Of a stretch of 64,000 nucleotides of DNA, positions 35,501 to 42,524 are shown piece after piece. Positions within the stretch are counted from its first letter, which is position 1, and each line of letters opens with the position of its first letter. The notes beneath the pieces are model-generated. The model was not told where the DNA came from, ran no database searches, and saw only the letters and a list, made by a program, of their open reading frames with translations. Source of the stretch: Rebecca billardiae RCC1528 (Eukaryota; Protista; Haptophyta); assembly GCA_965240325.2 (NCBI GenBank), contig OZ251231.1, forward strand, positions 1,798,001-1,862,000, given 5' to 3'. The translations under genes were made by a program, and so were the position numbers.

Positions 35501-38500
35501 GGTGGGGGCGAAGGCGGTGGGCTCGGCGGCGGCGACGGCGGCGGCGGGCTCGGCGGCGGACTGGGCGGCGGGCTGGGCGGCGGCGACGGCGGCGGGCTCG
35601 GCGGTGGCGGGCTCGGCGGCGGGCTCGGTGGTGGCGATGGCGGCGGCGACGGCGGCGGGGTTGGCGGTGGTGGGCTTGGCGGTGGGCTCGGTGGCGGCGA
35701 CGGTGGTGGGCTTGGCGGCGGCGACGGCGGCGGCGGGCTCGGCGGCGGACTGGGCGGCGGGCTGGGCGGCGGCGACGGCGGCGGGCTCGGCGGTGGCGGG
35801 CTCGGCGGCGGGCTCGGTGGTGGCGATGGCGGCGGCGACGGCGGCGGGCTCGGCGGTGGTGGGCTCGGCGGCGGGCTTGGTGGTGGCGACGGTGGTGGGC
35901 TTGGTGGCGGCGACGGCGGCGGCGGACTGGGCGGCGGGCTGGGCGGCGGCGACGGCGGCGGGCTCGGCGGTGGCGGGCTCGGCGGCGGGCTCGGTGGTGG
36001 CGATGACGGCGGCGACGGCGGCGGGCTTGGCGGCGGCGGGCTCGGCGGCGGGCTCGGTGGTGGCGAGGGCGGCGGCGACGGCGGCGGGCTTGGCGGTGGT
36101 GGGCTTGGCGACGGGCTCGGTGGCGGCGACGGTGGTGGGCTTGGTGGCGGCGACGGCGGCGGCGGGCTCGGCGGTGGCGGGCTCGGCGGCGGGCTCGGTG
36201 GTGGCGATGGCGGCGGCGACGGCGGCGGGCTTGGCGGCGGCGGACTGGGCGGCGGGCTGGGTGGTGGCGAGGGCGGCGGCGACGGCGGCGGGCTTGGCGA
36301 TGGTGGGCTTGGCGGCGGGCTCGGTGGCGGCGACGGTGGTGGGCTTGGTGGCGGCGACGGCGGCGGCGGGCTCGGCGGCGGGCTGGGCGGCGGCGATGGA
36401 GGCGGGCTGGGCGGCGGCGACGGCGGCGGCGGGCTCGGCGGCGGTGCTGGTGGCGGCGAGGGCGGTGGGCTGGGTGGCGGCGAGGGCGGCGGGCTGGGTG
36501 GGGGCGAAGGCGGTGGGCTTGGCGGCGGCGACGGCGGCGGCGGGCTCGGCGGCGGACTGGGCGGCGGGCTGGGCGGCGGCGACGGCGGCGGGCTCGGCGG
36601 TGGCGGGCTCGGCGGCGGGCTCGGTGGTGGCGACGGCGGCGGCAACGGCGGCGGGCTCGGCGGTGGCGGGCTCGGCGGCGGGCTCGGTGGTGGCGAGGGC
36701 GGCGGGGACGGCGGCGGGCTCGGCGGTGGTGGGCTTGGCGGCGGGCTCGGTGGCGGCGACGGTGGTGGGCTCGGTGGCGGGCTGGGAGGCGGCGGGCTCG
36801 GCGGCGGGCTGGGCGGCGGCGATGGCGGCGGACTGGGGGGTGGCGACGGCGGCGAGCTCGGTGGCGGCGGGCTCGGCGGCGGGCTCGGAGGCGGCGACGG
36901 CGGCGGGATCGGCGGCGGCGACGGTGGTGGCGGGCTCGGCGGCGGCGACGGCGGCGGCGCTGGCGGTGAGCTCGGCGGTGGTGATGGCGGCGGGCTGGGC
37001 GGGGGCGACGGCGGCGGGCTCGGCGGTGGCGACGGTGGCGGCGGGTCGGGCGGTGGCGATGGCGGCGGGCTGGGCGGTGGCGATGGTGGTGGCAATGGCG
37101 GCGGTGGGCTCGGCGGTGGGCTAGGTGGCGGGCTCGGCGGCGGGCTCGGTGGCAGGCTTGGCGGCGGCGGGCTCGGCGGCGGGCTTGGCGGCGGGCTCGG
37201 CGGCGGCGAGGGAGGCGGGCTCGGCGGCGGCGAGGGTGGTGGGCTCGGCGGAGGCGAGGGCGGCGGGCTCGGCGGCGGGTGTGGCGGCGGGCTGGGCGGA
37301 GGCGAGGGTGGAGGGCTCGGGGGCGGCGGGCTCGGCGGTGGGTTCGGCGGCGGGCTCGGTGGCGGGCTCGGCGGTGGGATTGGCGGCGGCGGGCTCGGCG
37401 GCGGGGCAGGCGGCGGCGCGGGCGGCGGGCTCGGCGGCGGGCTCGGGGGCGGGCTGGGTGGAGGCGAGGGCGGCGGACTCGGCGGTGGTGATGGCGGCGG
37501 GCTCGGCGGTGGCGGGCTCGGCGGCGGGCTCGGCGGCGGCGCTGGCGGCGGCGAGGGTGGCGGCAAGGGTGGCGGGGGGCTTGGCGGCGGCGCGGGCGGT
37601 GGGCTGGGCGGCCGGCCCGGCGGCGGCGATGGCGGCGGGCTCGGCGGCGGCGATGGCGGCGGGCTCGGCGGCGGCGAGGGTGGCGGGCTTGGCGGCGGCG
37701 ACGGCGGCGGGTACGGTGGAGGCGAGTTGCATGTCGGGAGCTGCTCGGGCGCAGGCACCAGCACCTCATCCGGGACCACCGCCGCGCCGCAGATCGCGGT
37801 GCCCGTCCAGTCGAACTCGGCGAGCTGGGCGAGGCCTGCGAGCGAGGCGGGGATGGTACCGACCACGCCGGAGTTGTACTCGAGGCTGATGAGCGTGACC
37901 GCGCTCAGGGCGCCGAGCTCCGAGGGCAGGTTGCCGCTGAGCGAGTTGTATGACAGGTCGAGCTCGGTGAGCAGCGTGAGCGCGCCCAGCTCGGACGGCA
38001 GCGTGCACGCCAGCGAGGTGCCCTCGAGATCGAGCACCGCCAGAGAGGCGCTCAGGTTGAGCAGCAGCGCGCCGGGCAGCGCGCCGGTGAAGGAGTTGTA
38101 CCGCACGTCCAGCTTGGTGAGCAGCGGCCAGTGGCCGATCGCCTCGGGCAGCGTGCCGCTGAAGGACTGGTACGGCACCTCGAACAGCGTCAGCGCCGTG
38201 AGCGTCTCGAGGGTCGCCGCGGGCAGCGTGCCGTTGAAGCCGCCCCCGCCGCTGAGCGCGAACGTCTCGAGCTTGGTCTTCCCGTCGAGCAGCTCGGCCG
38301 GCAGCGGCCCGACGAGCGAGTTCCACGACATGTCCAGCTCGAGCAGGTCGGGGCTGAAGCCGCCGAGCTCCGTCGGCAGCGTGCCCGTGAACGCGTTGAA
38401 GTGAATCTGGAACCGTTCCAGCGCGGAGAGGAGGCCGAGCTCGGTGGGCAAAGTGCCGGTGAACGAGTTGGAGTCGACGCCCAGCTTGGAAAGACGGCCC

Positions 38501-40005
38501 CAGACCACGCCCAGCTCGGTCGGCACCGTGCCCGCCAGCCAGTTGTCACGCAGGCTGAAGTCGGTGAGGGCGGTGAGGAGCGTGAGCGACGGGCTCGACT
38601 GCAGCCGGTTCTCAACCGCGTTCAGCGTCGTCAGGTTGCCCAGCTGGAACCAGCCGTACTCGGTCGGGACCGTGCCAGTGAGCGTGTTGTAACCGACGTT
38701 CAGCACGGTCAGGCCGCCAATCTGGCCGAGCTCGGTGGGCAGGCTGCCGGTGAGCGAGTTGCGCTGCATCGCGAGCTCAGTGAGCGCGGTCAGTAGGCCG
38801 AGCGCGGTCGGCAGCGTGCCCGTGAAGCTGTTCTGCTGCATCTGCAGGCTGAGGAGCGAGGTGAGGTTGGCAGCCCAGGGCGCAGCCGCGGCATCGAGCG
38901 AGCCCGTCAGCGCGTTGTTCTGCAGGCGCAGCTCGGTGAGGGCGCCGAGCGCGGCCAGCTCGGTGGGCACCGTGTCCGTGAGCGAGTTGGCGTGGACCAC
39001 CAGGCCTGTGAGCGCGCTCAGCAGCCCCAGCTCCGTGGGCAGCGTGCCCACGAGGCTGTTCTTCCACCAGTTGATGCTGGTCAGCGCAGTGAGCGTGCCC
39101 ACCTCCGTGGGGATCGTGCCCGTCAGGCTGGCAGCGGAGAAGTCCGCCGCGGTGCAGCTCGGCGGGTCCGCGAGGCAGGCCTCCAGAGCCGCGCGCAGAG
39201 TGGGCGCGGGGGGCGGCGATGGCGGCGGGTTGGGCGGCGGGCTGGGAGGCGGCGCGGGTGGCGGTGGGCTCGGCGGTGGGCTCGGCGGAGGACTGGGCGG
39301 TCTCGGCGGTGGGCTCGGCGGCGGGCTCGGGGGCGGGCTCGGGGGCGGGGCGGGCGGGCTCGGCGGCGGCTCAATCGCGTCGTACGTCAAGGTCCACAGC
39401 TTCCAGCTGGCGTGCGTGCCCGCTGTCTCGTTCCAGCTGTGGCAGCACTGGCACTCCCAGTGCGGCGCGCTGGGCGCAAACCTGAAGACGTCGCACGCGT
39501 CCATCGTCTGCGACGCGGCCAGCGCGCAGCCCGCGAGCGTCGTGGCACCGAGCGGGGAGCCCTTCTCGTCGCATTGCCGCCCCTCCACGCGCAGCACCGC
39601 CGTCCAGGCGCCCGGCGGCGAGGGCGGCGAGTATGGGACATACGAGACGCTCCAGAGGTCCCACCAGTCGTGGGTGGTGGTGCCAGGCCACGAGTCGCAG
39701 CATCGGCAGAACCAACTGGTGGACTCAGGAGCCCACATGAAGACAGAGCAGCCAGCCGCGCCCGCGGCGGCCGCGCACTCGTCGAGGCCCTCCAGGCCGA
39801 AGTTGGTGCCTGTGACGTCGCAGTTGCCGCCCTCGAGCAGCAGCGTCGCCACGTACTGGCCCGGGCTCGGCGGCGGGCTCGGCGGCGGGCTCGGCGGCGG
39901 GCTCGGGTTGGATTGTGCGTCTATGCCAACCGCGCAGAGCCCAGCGGTGAGCAGGCCGAGCGCTATCGCGCAGCTGGAGCGGCGGGTTCCGGCGGCGCGG
40001 GGCAT
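23578..40005 (-). CDS. Giant polycystin-1/REJ-like receptor: signal peptide, 2 Cys-rich PAN/apple-like repeats, LRRs, ~2,000-aa Ser-Pro rod, IPT/TIG, REJ, GAIN/GPS, multi-TM, IQ, EF-hand pair
   Basis: Single ORF. Likely start ATG 40005 (MPRAAGTRRSSCAIALGLLTAGLCAVGIDA); track start is GTG 40251. Plant-type LRR LxxLxLxxNxLTGTLPTELG; IPT PPGGPVGGGTAVTLVGSGF; REJ-like INRPPYGG..V.P.SG.AL.T.F; GPS CVWWDE..W..GC..CACTHLTDF; IQ AARTLQRIARGRTAR; EF-hands DADGNGYVDEAE and DADGDGAISFTE; PKD1-like TM segments. Confidence 0.9.
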   Translation of the reverse strand: MPRAAGTRRSSCAIALGLLTAGLCAVGIDAQSNPSPPPSPPPSPPPSPGQYVATLLLEGGNCDVTGTNFGLEGLDECAAAAGAAGCSVFMWAPESTSWFCRCCDSWPGTTTHDWWDLWSVSYVPYSPPSPPGAWTAVLRVEGRQCDEKGSPLGATTLAGCALAASQTMDACDVFRFAPSAPHWECQCCHSWNETAGTHASWKLWTLTYDAIEPPPSPPAPPPSPPPSPPPSPPPRPPSPPPSPPPSPPPPAPPPSPPPNPPPSPPPAPTLRAALEACLADPPSCTAADFSAASLTGTIPTEVGTLTALTSINWWKNSLVGTLPTELGLLSALTGLVVHANSLTDTVPTELAALGALTELRLQNNALTGSLDAAAAPWAANLTSLLSLQMQQNSFTGTLPTALGLLTALTELAMQRNSLTGSLPTELGQIGGLTVLNVGYNTLTGTVPTEYGWFQLGNLTTLNAVENRLQSSPSLTLLTALTDFSLRDNWLAGTVPTELGVVWGRLSKLGVDSNSFTGTLPTELGLLSALERFQIHFNAFTGTLPTELGGFSPDLLELDMSWNSLVGPLPAELLDGKTKLETFALSGGGGFNGTLPAATLETLTALTLFEVPYQSFSGTLPEAIGHWPLLTKLDVRYNSFTGALPGALLLNLSASLAVLDLEGTSLACTLPSELGALTLLTELDLSYNSLSGNLPSELGALSAVTLISLEYNSGVVGTIPASLAGLAQLAEFDWTGTAICGAAVVPDEVLVPAPEQLPTCNSPPPYPPPSPPPSPPPSPPPSPPPSPPPSPPPSPPPGRPPSPPPAPPPSPPPPLPPPSPPPAPPPSPPPSPPPPSPPPSPPPSPPPSPPPSPPPSPPPSPPPAPPPAPPPSPPPPIPPPSPPPSPPPNPPPSPPPPSPPPSPPPSPPPHPPPSPPPSPPPSPPPSPPPSPPPSPPPSPPPSPPPSPPPPSLPPSPPPSPPPSPPPSPPPPLPPPSPPPSPPPSPPPDPPPPSPPPSPPPSPPPSPPPSPPPSSPPAPPPSPPPSPPPPSPPPIPPPSPPPSPPPSPPPPSSPPSPPPSPPPSPPPSPPPSPPPPSPPPSPPPSPPPSPPPSPPPPSPPPSPPPSPPPSPPPSPPPPSPPPLPPPSPPPSPPPSPPPPSPPPSPPPSPPPSPPPSPPPPSPPPSPPPSPPPSPPPSPPPSPPPSPPPAPPPSPPPPSPPPSPPPSPPPSPPPSPPPPSPPPSPPPSPPPSPPPSPPSPSPPPSPPPSPPPSPPPSPPPPSPPPSPPPSPPPSPPPSPPPPSPPPPSPPPSPPPSPPPSPSPSPPPPSPPPSPPPSPPPSPPPSPPPPSPPPSPPSSPPPSPPPSPPPPSPPPSPPPSPPPSPPPPSPPPSPPPSPPPSPPPSPPPPSPPPSPPPSPPPSPPPSPPPPSPPPSPPPSPPPSPPPSPPPPSPPPSPPPSPPPSPPPSPPPPTPPPSPPPSPPPSPPPSPPPPSPPPSPPPSPPPSPPPSPPPPSPPPSPPPSPPPSPPPSPPPSPPPSPPPAPPPSPPPPSPPPSPPPSPPPSPPPSPPPPSPPPSPPPSPPPSPPPSPPPPSPPPSPPPSPPPSPPPSPPPPSPPPSPPPSPPPSPPPSPPPPSPPPPSPPPSPPPSPPPSPPPSPPPPSPPPSPPPSPPPSPPPSPPPPSPPPSPPPSPPPSPPPSPPPPSPPPSPPPSPPPSPPPSPPPPTPPPSPPPSPPPSPPPSPPPPSPPPSPPPSPPPSPPPSPPPPSPPPSPPPSPPPSPPPSPPPSPPPSPPPAPPPSPPPPSPPPSPPPSPPPSPPPSPPPPSPPPSPPPSPPPSPPPSPPPPSPPPSPPPSPPPSPPPSPPPPSPPPSPPPSPPPIPPPSPPPPSPPPSPPPSPPPSPPPSPPPPSPPPSPPPSPPPSPPPSPPPPSPPPSPPPSPPPSPPPSPPPPSPPPSPPPSPPPSPPPSPPPPLPPPSPPPSPPPSPPPSPPPPSPPPSPPPSPPPSPPPSPPPPSPPPSPPPPSPPPSPPPSPPPSPPPSPPPPSPPPSPPPSPPPSPPPSPPPPSPPPSPPPSPPPSPPPSPPPASPPPIPPPSPPPSPPPSPPPPSPPPSPPPRPPPSPPPSPPPPSPPPSPPPSAPPSPPPSPPPPSPPPSPPPSPPPSPPPSPPPPSPPPSPPPSPPPSPPPSPPPPSPPPGPPPSPPPSPPPSPPPPSPPPSPPPSAPPSPPPSPPPPSPPPSPPPSPPPSPPPSPPPPSPPPRPPPSPPPSPPPAPPPPSPPPSPPPSPPPSPPPSPPPPSPPPSPPPSSPPSPPPSPPPPSPPPSPPPSPPPSPPPALPPPSPPPSPPPSPPPSPPPSPPPPSPPPLPPPSPPPRPPPVPPPPSPPPSPPPSPPPKPPPSPPPAPPPTPPPSPPPSPPPPSPPPSPPPSTPPSLPPSPPPQPPPRPPPSPPPPLPPPSPPPTSPPSPPPAPPPSPPPRPPASPPPPSRPPPSLPPNAPPSAPPSAPPPSPPPSAPPSVPPGAPPTPPPPPPPPVPPPRPPPVPPTPPPPPRTEPFPPPAPPSPPPSPPPSPPPSSPPPPPPSPPPSPPPGPPPHLPPASPPSAPPSPPPSSPPSPPPSSPPPPPPLPPSMPPPSPPPSAPPSVPPGAPPTPPPPPPPPAPPPRPPPVPPTPPPPPRTEPFPPPAPPSPPPSPPPSPPPSSPPPPPPSPPPSPPPGPPPTSPPSAPPSPPPSPPPSPPPSSPPPPPPLPPSMPPPSLPPSVPPGAPPTPPPPPPPPAPPPRPPPVPPTPPPPPRTEPFPPPAPPSPPPSPPPSPPPSLPPPPPPSPPPSPPPGPPPRPPPSSPPPLPPPSPPPPPPPAIRVSVLSGSREGAPLGSDDAALELEGAGFDSLAGGEFGEIQCAFTRADGGGGAGGGPLLSGATVLSDARLRCAIPAAASSGAPSAAGAYTVGLALGAVGAPTDVDVSGLFGPVSFELYDMAAVSVLELRPPGGPVGGGTAVTLVGSGFADYGEGQLCCVLGGGGCAAAATLLPPSAAEPALSRARCVLPPPLGGAAGSVALELSLGGGSADSTTASALPFLAYDPPTLGSVSPASGDANGGTEVTIGGTGFDALAGGALLAVRFGDAPAHPPARVTAGEVVVSTRYGAAGRAQLRVSLNGQQFTPAAAATPPAAGALAFTFVGLHAPVLEGVAFNGAATLMVLRFDAQPTDRAGMGSGMGECSRVLDDDTVALVAGGAAAAAAAPPQCYWTGDSTLVARLSSATLVRAGSEVGVRAGALRPEQCGTPCAAALASAAARAAIDADAPCGEGVPCPTPVAAVSGPAVLSACPGASLALDGSASSRGGIGPAAFEWRVDPSRSARAASLNARLSALPARTPQLSLGGPGAASPTELGVSGSFVFVLRVTSFLGVPSAPVEWHVSRGDGASPILAIDGAPELRARASEPTLLSGRAQLAPCWPPSFEPGMVFSWALEGVAQAGGGANASSASAGELAAATDALLARLASARTAVLQLPPHSLAAGWAYDLALTASMAAAPAQASTARVRVLVARQPLRAVIAGGDRRVPSSLRLTVDASASFDPDAPTADGGDGGTPPLSFAWSVANASSLEPVALEPSAANTSGALFELAPGTLPPGVYALTVRVSAPGRAPAAASVALEAVPGAVPTLDFEPLGRRKWPAVFERNPDRLKIIARLDAASRALEAAGQARFSYEWSAQRVGAAGALEPAGLDLADSERVTTTGAALRTVAFRSGVLAPGATYAFRLAVLGGAQPAYTEVRVTINRPPYGGGLEVAPASGVALQTSFALFAAGWAVDDEEDLPLSYAFSHAPLGAAVADAAALGAASAAASATATLPAGNRTLTVRVADALGGAAHAHAAVAVAPPGEGAGLLDSVLTRAYAAVATGAAETATQLVSALADALDATPAGGDNATVTSATLARLLELTAGAAEASAPTAEARAASASALAAVLEAAPPGAFDASAQAAGLEQVAALASQSAASGVDGPTAAALLRAADAALSADADADAPPSAAEAEAVGAAATSAVGALATALLAGAVPGEAPFEAVGKAINVSAARADAGALGNITLPGPGGAGSVGVPASVFGGVPLELLGGGVDVVLWSSARNVHGDPSTQANGTAVASGLVTPVFSVTLYSASAGLALTISDLPDEERVLVEVPGLDGAGGAGEWGCVWWDEGASAWLDDGCETVVARADDGSPARYCACTHLTDFAGVSVPTSAAGAREDVESFNVNTLSAEEASATLTAPPDLAQNPYIYGLVLGMSAACALSVAVLGARDARDAARRRARLAALSARLGVGGGGGGGGKGAPGHPAERESSTTAGSSSSGGEHSGPPSHARRSRLEAAFSMGSLVSLFGSRASAHGARHEARRGPSSAAARAEEAERSTQAALERAAQREAEQEQQRKQQQQQQQQPQQRASRGARARAAAKPAAPPLDAPGGTPAASGAPPAAAGAPPPGSPPPDLADRLEARLDDLDDFVARQQDAAARTLQRIARGRTARAAVAELAPPRPSARADRSSDHLLTSLLRRVLLKLQSDHSLLGIWFADPEDSKRAELAQVFWSVAMLGLVITCMLYDASAPAEGSGASVSLVHAVLTALLTAALTAPALALFRLLFRWGYGRRAAPLSTRIYAAFLKAELSERERERAPFPSAVRRGAADALADASAGAGLERRFSRKFSDRRRGGSWLRSEVAAMRAGGGGGADADAPAAASSFSWPAAGVLPGRRRGERASAPAASEAAPASGGGAQGSPRDAASALGLVARQLARPSHGGDKPRGGDAPIHPQEEAEAVGARAHTPAAPTTAPGVASARADADDHAARAAHARRLLGHGSGSGSGSGSSSSMEACEAAQHEPAPAAREEPRSSSTPPRRPPPPSEHLSDRSSDSGAQEDRAEYARRAWAAGGAGAGADLPPSAVEGRGRAAPRGSSGSVRLPPLLGAPTAGPPASSTRSRREVDDLLREIEESASATAQGAIDRRSVRALATHFNPRPVALPRAPNAAGRARADARVSPRDTAAAAARGLPSPEHVPPPRHTPPEPSAGRAGFSAAAKRSAQAMPPPGVSGRLVRAAGSGLEGEEAEAVESPPARRALPPEPPALTPDGPAGSVRPGSRGKPQRPAAQLGPGQRQSRAPRAEPQLHTPQSGSPAGSDVEDEPGEAPPPPSPPRPHAPPHAPSAPPPRSAAHTPASPRAHAAKTRSLPAKRSALGMPRRGTKLETAAGSGERAPRASPRLGTPPSDAEAEEDARDGGAHPPPSPPRPRSPAATEAGAPAAAAAPTDPPQPTAGHRLDADTVELLRRKFNTFDADGNGYVDEAEFGALLDNLGFRLGKRRVRALAQELDADGDGAISFTELVDWYDEMVEAEALKAARAQLGLRGVLTRAARRFALPPRAKLALAWLCMWAIYVVLALLAVAYALSFGAQQTRYLLFSWSFAELQSLGVEEPIILALTVLLPFLLDRALSQGGATGEAINELLATAVGIAVQGLHSVGCA
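31520..37710 (-). repeat. ~6.2-kb coding (SPPP/SPPPP)n extensin-like low-complexity array with higher-order duplications
   Basis: Continuous ggcggcgggctc-type repeats; the ...PPPPPRTEPFPPP... block appears three times at 31.6-32.6 kb. Confidence 0.95.
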
Positions 40006-40401
40006 CCGCGGGGTGCACGGCGAGACCGCTTCGGCTCCTGCACCGTGGGCTCCGAGGCCACCCGCCCGTCGTCGACGGACAGCGAAAGCTGGTAGCACGC
40101 CGTCGCGCTGTGCGTATTGACGCACGCCAGCAGTAGGCAGCGATGGTGGCCACCCAGCCGATGAGTCCCCGAGGCTCTCCGCGGTGGGCATAGTGGGATA
40201 GCGACGAGACTCGACGCACGCACGGATCCCTTCGGAACCGTGTGAGCTCACGAGGCAGCCCTCCAGCAGCTCTCAAGGGCTTGCCAGCAGATACGAAAGC
40301 TCGCGCTCACTATTATAGACAGTAATAGCTGATAATCATTGAGCGGGTAGAGATGCTCTGTGGTTCGTCAGGGTTAGCAAGATACATATTCATCAAGTTA
40401 C

Positions 40402-40497
40402 TTTTTAAATTCCCCTTTATAACGGGCTCCGGGTGATCAGACTGGCGGCCGAAGCCTCCAGCCCTACCCTGGCCAGCCCCCAACCAACCACCACCCT
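40402..40497 (-). repeat. Truncated copy of the 2896..2991 repeat
   Basis: Reverse-complement identity; catcaagtt occurs on both sides (40391-40399 and 40505-40513), a possible TSD. Confidence 0.65.
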
Positions 40498-40621
40498 ACT
40501 GTAGCATCAAGTTGCGCCAATATTAATGGAGTGAATCAGTAGTCATCACGTGGGTATTCGGTTAGGGTTCATTTACGGTTATGGACTCCAGAGTGGCGGG
40601 CGTAAAAACCAAATAAAAATA

Positions 40622-41900
40622 TCAGGGCGATGCGCAAACTGCTACTGGGACGAATCCACTGTGCATCCGCGTCCGGGCGCGTCGCCGTGGCCGAGCGCGG
40701 CAGTCGACATGCCGCACGAGTGGCACGCAGCCATCAGCCTTTACGAAGAGCTCGTGCGCGTTACCTTCCGAGCACGCCACAGCGGCCATGGGCGCGAGCC
40801 CTTGCACAACCTCGGGCCTGCTGCGGGCATTTTGACCATTTTCACCGCCGAACGTGCACACGGTGCCGTCCACGCTCACGACAGCACTGCGCGCCATCCC
40901 CGCAAACGCACTCAGCGCGCGCCCGCCCGCCAGCGCCTCGACGCGCCTGGGCAAGCGCTGCGCGGCGTCGCCAAAGCGCAATTCCACCAACGCGCGCCAA
41001 AGCCACACGAGTAGACGATTCCTCGCACGCAGACGAGTAGCGTGACCTCCCCACCCGCAGAGAAGCCGCCCACGCGCATGCAGTCCAGCACCTCGATGCC
41101 CGTGAGCTCCCGCTGCGCCCTCGTGCGGCTATGGCCGAGCTTGCTGCTGTCGTTGAACCCCCAGCTGGGGAGTGGCACATCTTCATGCCGCCCACGCGGC
41201 GCCGACGTTGCTCAGCGCGAGCAGGTGCTGCTAGGCAGCGGCCACGCCGCGCATGCGCACCGCACGGAGCGAGGCGACGCGCGTGGGCCGCCACACAGGC
41301 CTGCGCTCGCCGTGCCCCGCCATGGTCGGGACCTTCGCGTGCCCGCCTCAGCCGATCGTCTTCTCGCCGTACGTGTCCGCAGACGCGCTCAATCATCAGC
41401 GGAGTTCTGATGAGTGAGTTCTGATGATTGAGCGCGTTTGTCGCGTGTGGCAGAGTCGTTGCGGAGTTCAGCAACAATCATAAGCAAACGCGCTCAATCA
41501 TCAGCGGACACGTGATGATTGTGGCTGAACCGACGGCGGGCTTCTGCGGAGTTCAGCCACAATCATCAGCGTGATGATTGTGGCTGAACTCCGCAACGAC
41601 TCTGCCACACACGACGACTTGCGCCGCGCGCGCGCCCAAGCGCGAAGACCCGTTCGCGCGCGAACTGCTCAACAGCTCCTCGTCCGTCCAAGTGAAAGCG
41701 CCGTGCGGCGGCTATGCCGGCAGCGCGCGCGCGTGCCCGCGACGCATCACGCGCTCGCGCAGATCGTGCTTGACACCTACTCGGCCGCCGGGCGCGCCGC
41801 CGGCGGAAGAGGCGGGCAGCAGCGTTCGCGCTGTCGAGGCCGGAGGGCGACCTGAGCGAGTGCACGATGCGCTCGGCGATGGGCGGCAATGGTTGCCGGT
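40622..41900 (-). pseudogene. Degenerate RCC1-repeat gene
   Basis: Frameshifted RCC1-like segments: SWGFNDSSKLGH..GGFSAGGEVTLLVCVRGIVYSCGFG and PRRVEALAG..AFAGMARSAVVSVDGTVCTFG..PEVVQGL..H.LFVKADG. Confidence 0.6.
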
Positions 41901-42524
41901 TTCTACAAGTACTCGTGCCGTCTGCTCGTCACTCTGACGCCTTCAGACAGTGTGACTGTGGAATCGGAGACGTACGGAGTGGTGGGTGCGGGACCGTCGT
42001 CGTAGCGGAGTCACGGTTGACACTATGACAGGGTCATGGCTCGCAGTGCATCAGGGGCCGCGCAGCGTGGATCGCCCGCGGCGCCTGCGGCACGGCGGGC
42101 AATGAGTCAGCGATCGACTTGTGTCAATGATCACTCAATCATCAGACTCACCGCCCACGCGGATGGCACGGCTGACGACGATGCCAGACCACCGCGGTTC
42201 AGGAGCAAGCTGCCGAACCCGCTTGGCCGGCTGAATGGCGGCGTGGGCCACTGTGAGAGGAGTCGCACGACTCAGCGACTGCATTAGGCTCCCCGACTCG
42301 ACACTGAGGCTGCGTAGAGCAGAGGGGGGGGGGGGCGATGCGCCTTGCCCACTGCGCAGCCAGTCCGCAGCGGCGCCATCGTGGTCAGCACTGGCCCTCA
42401 CGCTTTGCCCGAATCATCAAGCAAGTGCAAGAGTCGGTCGGGCGGCCACCAGCTGGAGGCTGCACGGCGCCAGCCCACGCCGACCGCCGGGTGCCCCGCG
42501 CGCGCGCAGGCGCTCGCGACGGGG

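Noticed and set aside
31094-38404. 2,436-aa Gly-rich ORF and other long overlapping ORFs across the rod
   Set aside because: Antisense or alternative-frame shadows of the Ser-Pro repeat CDS.
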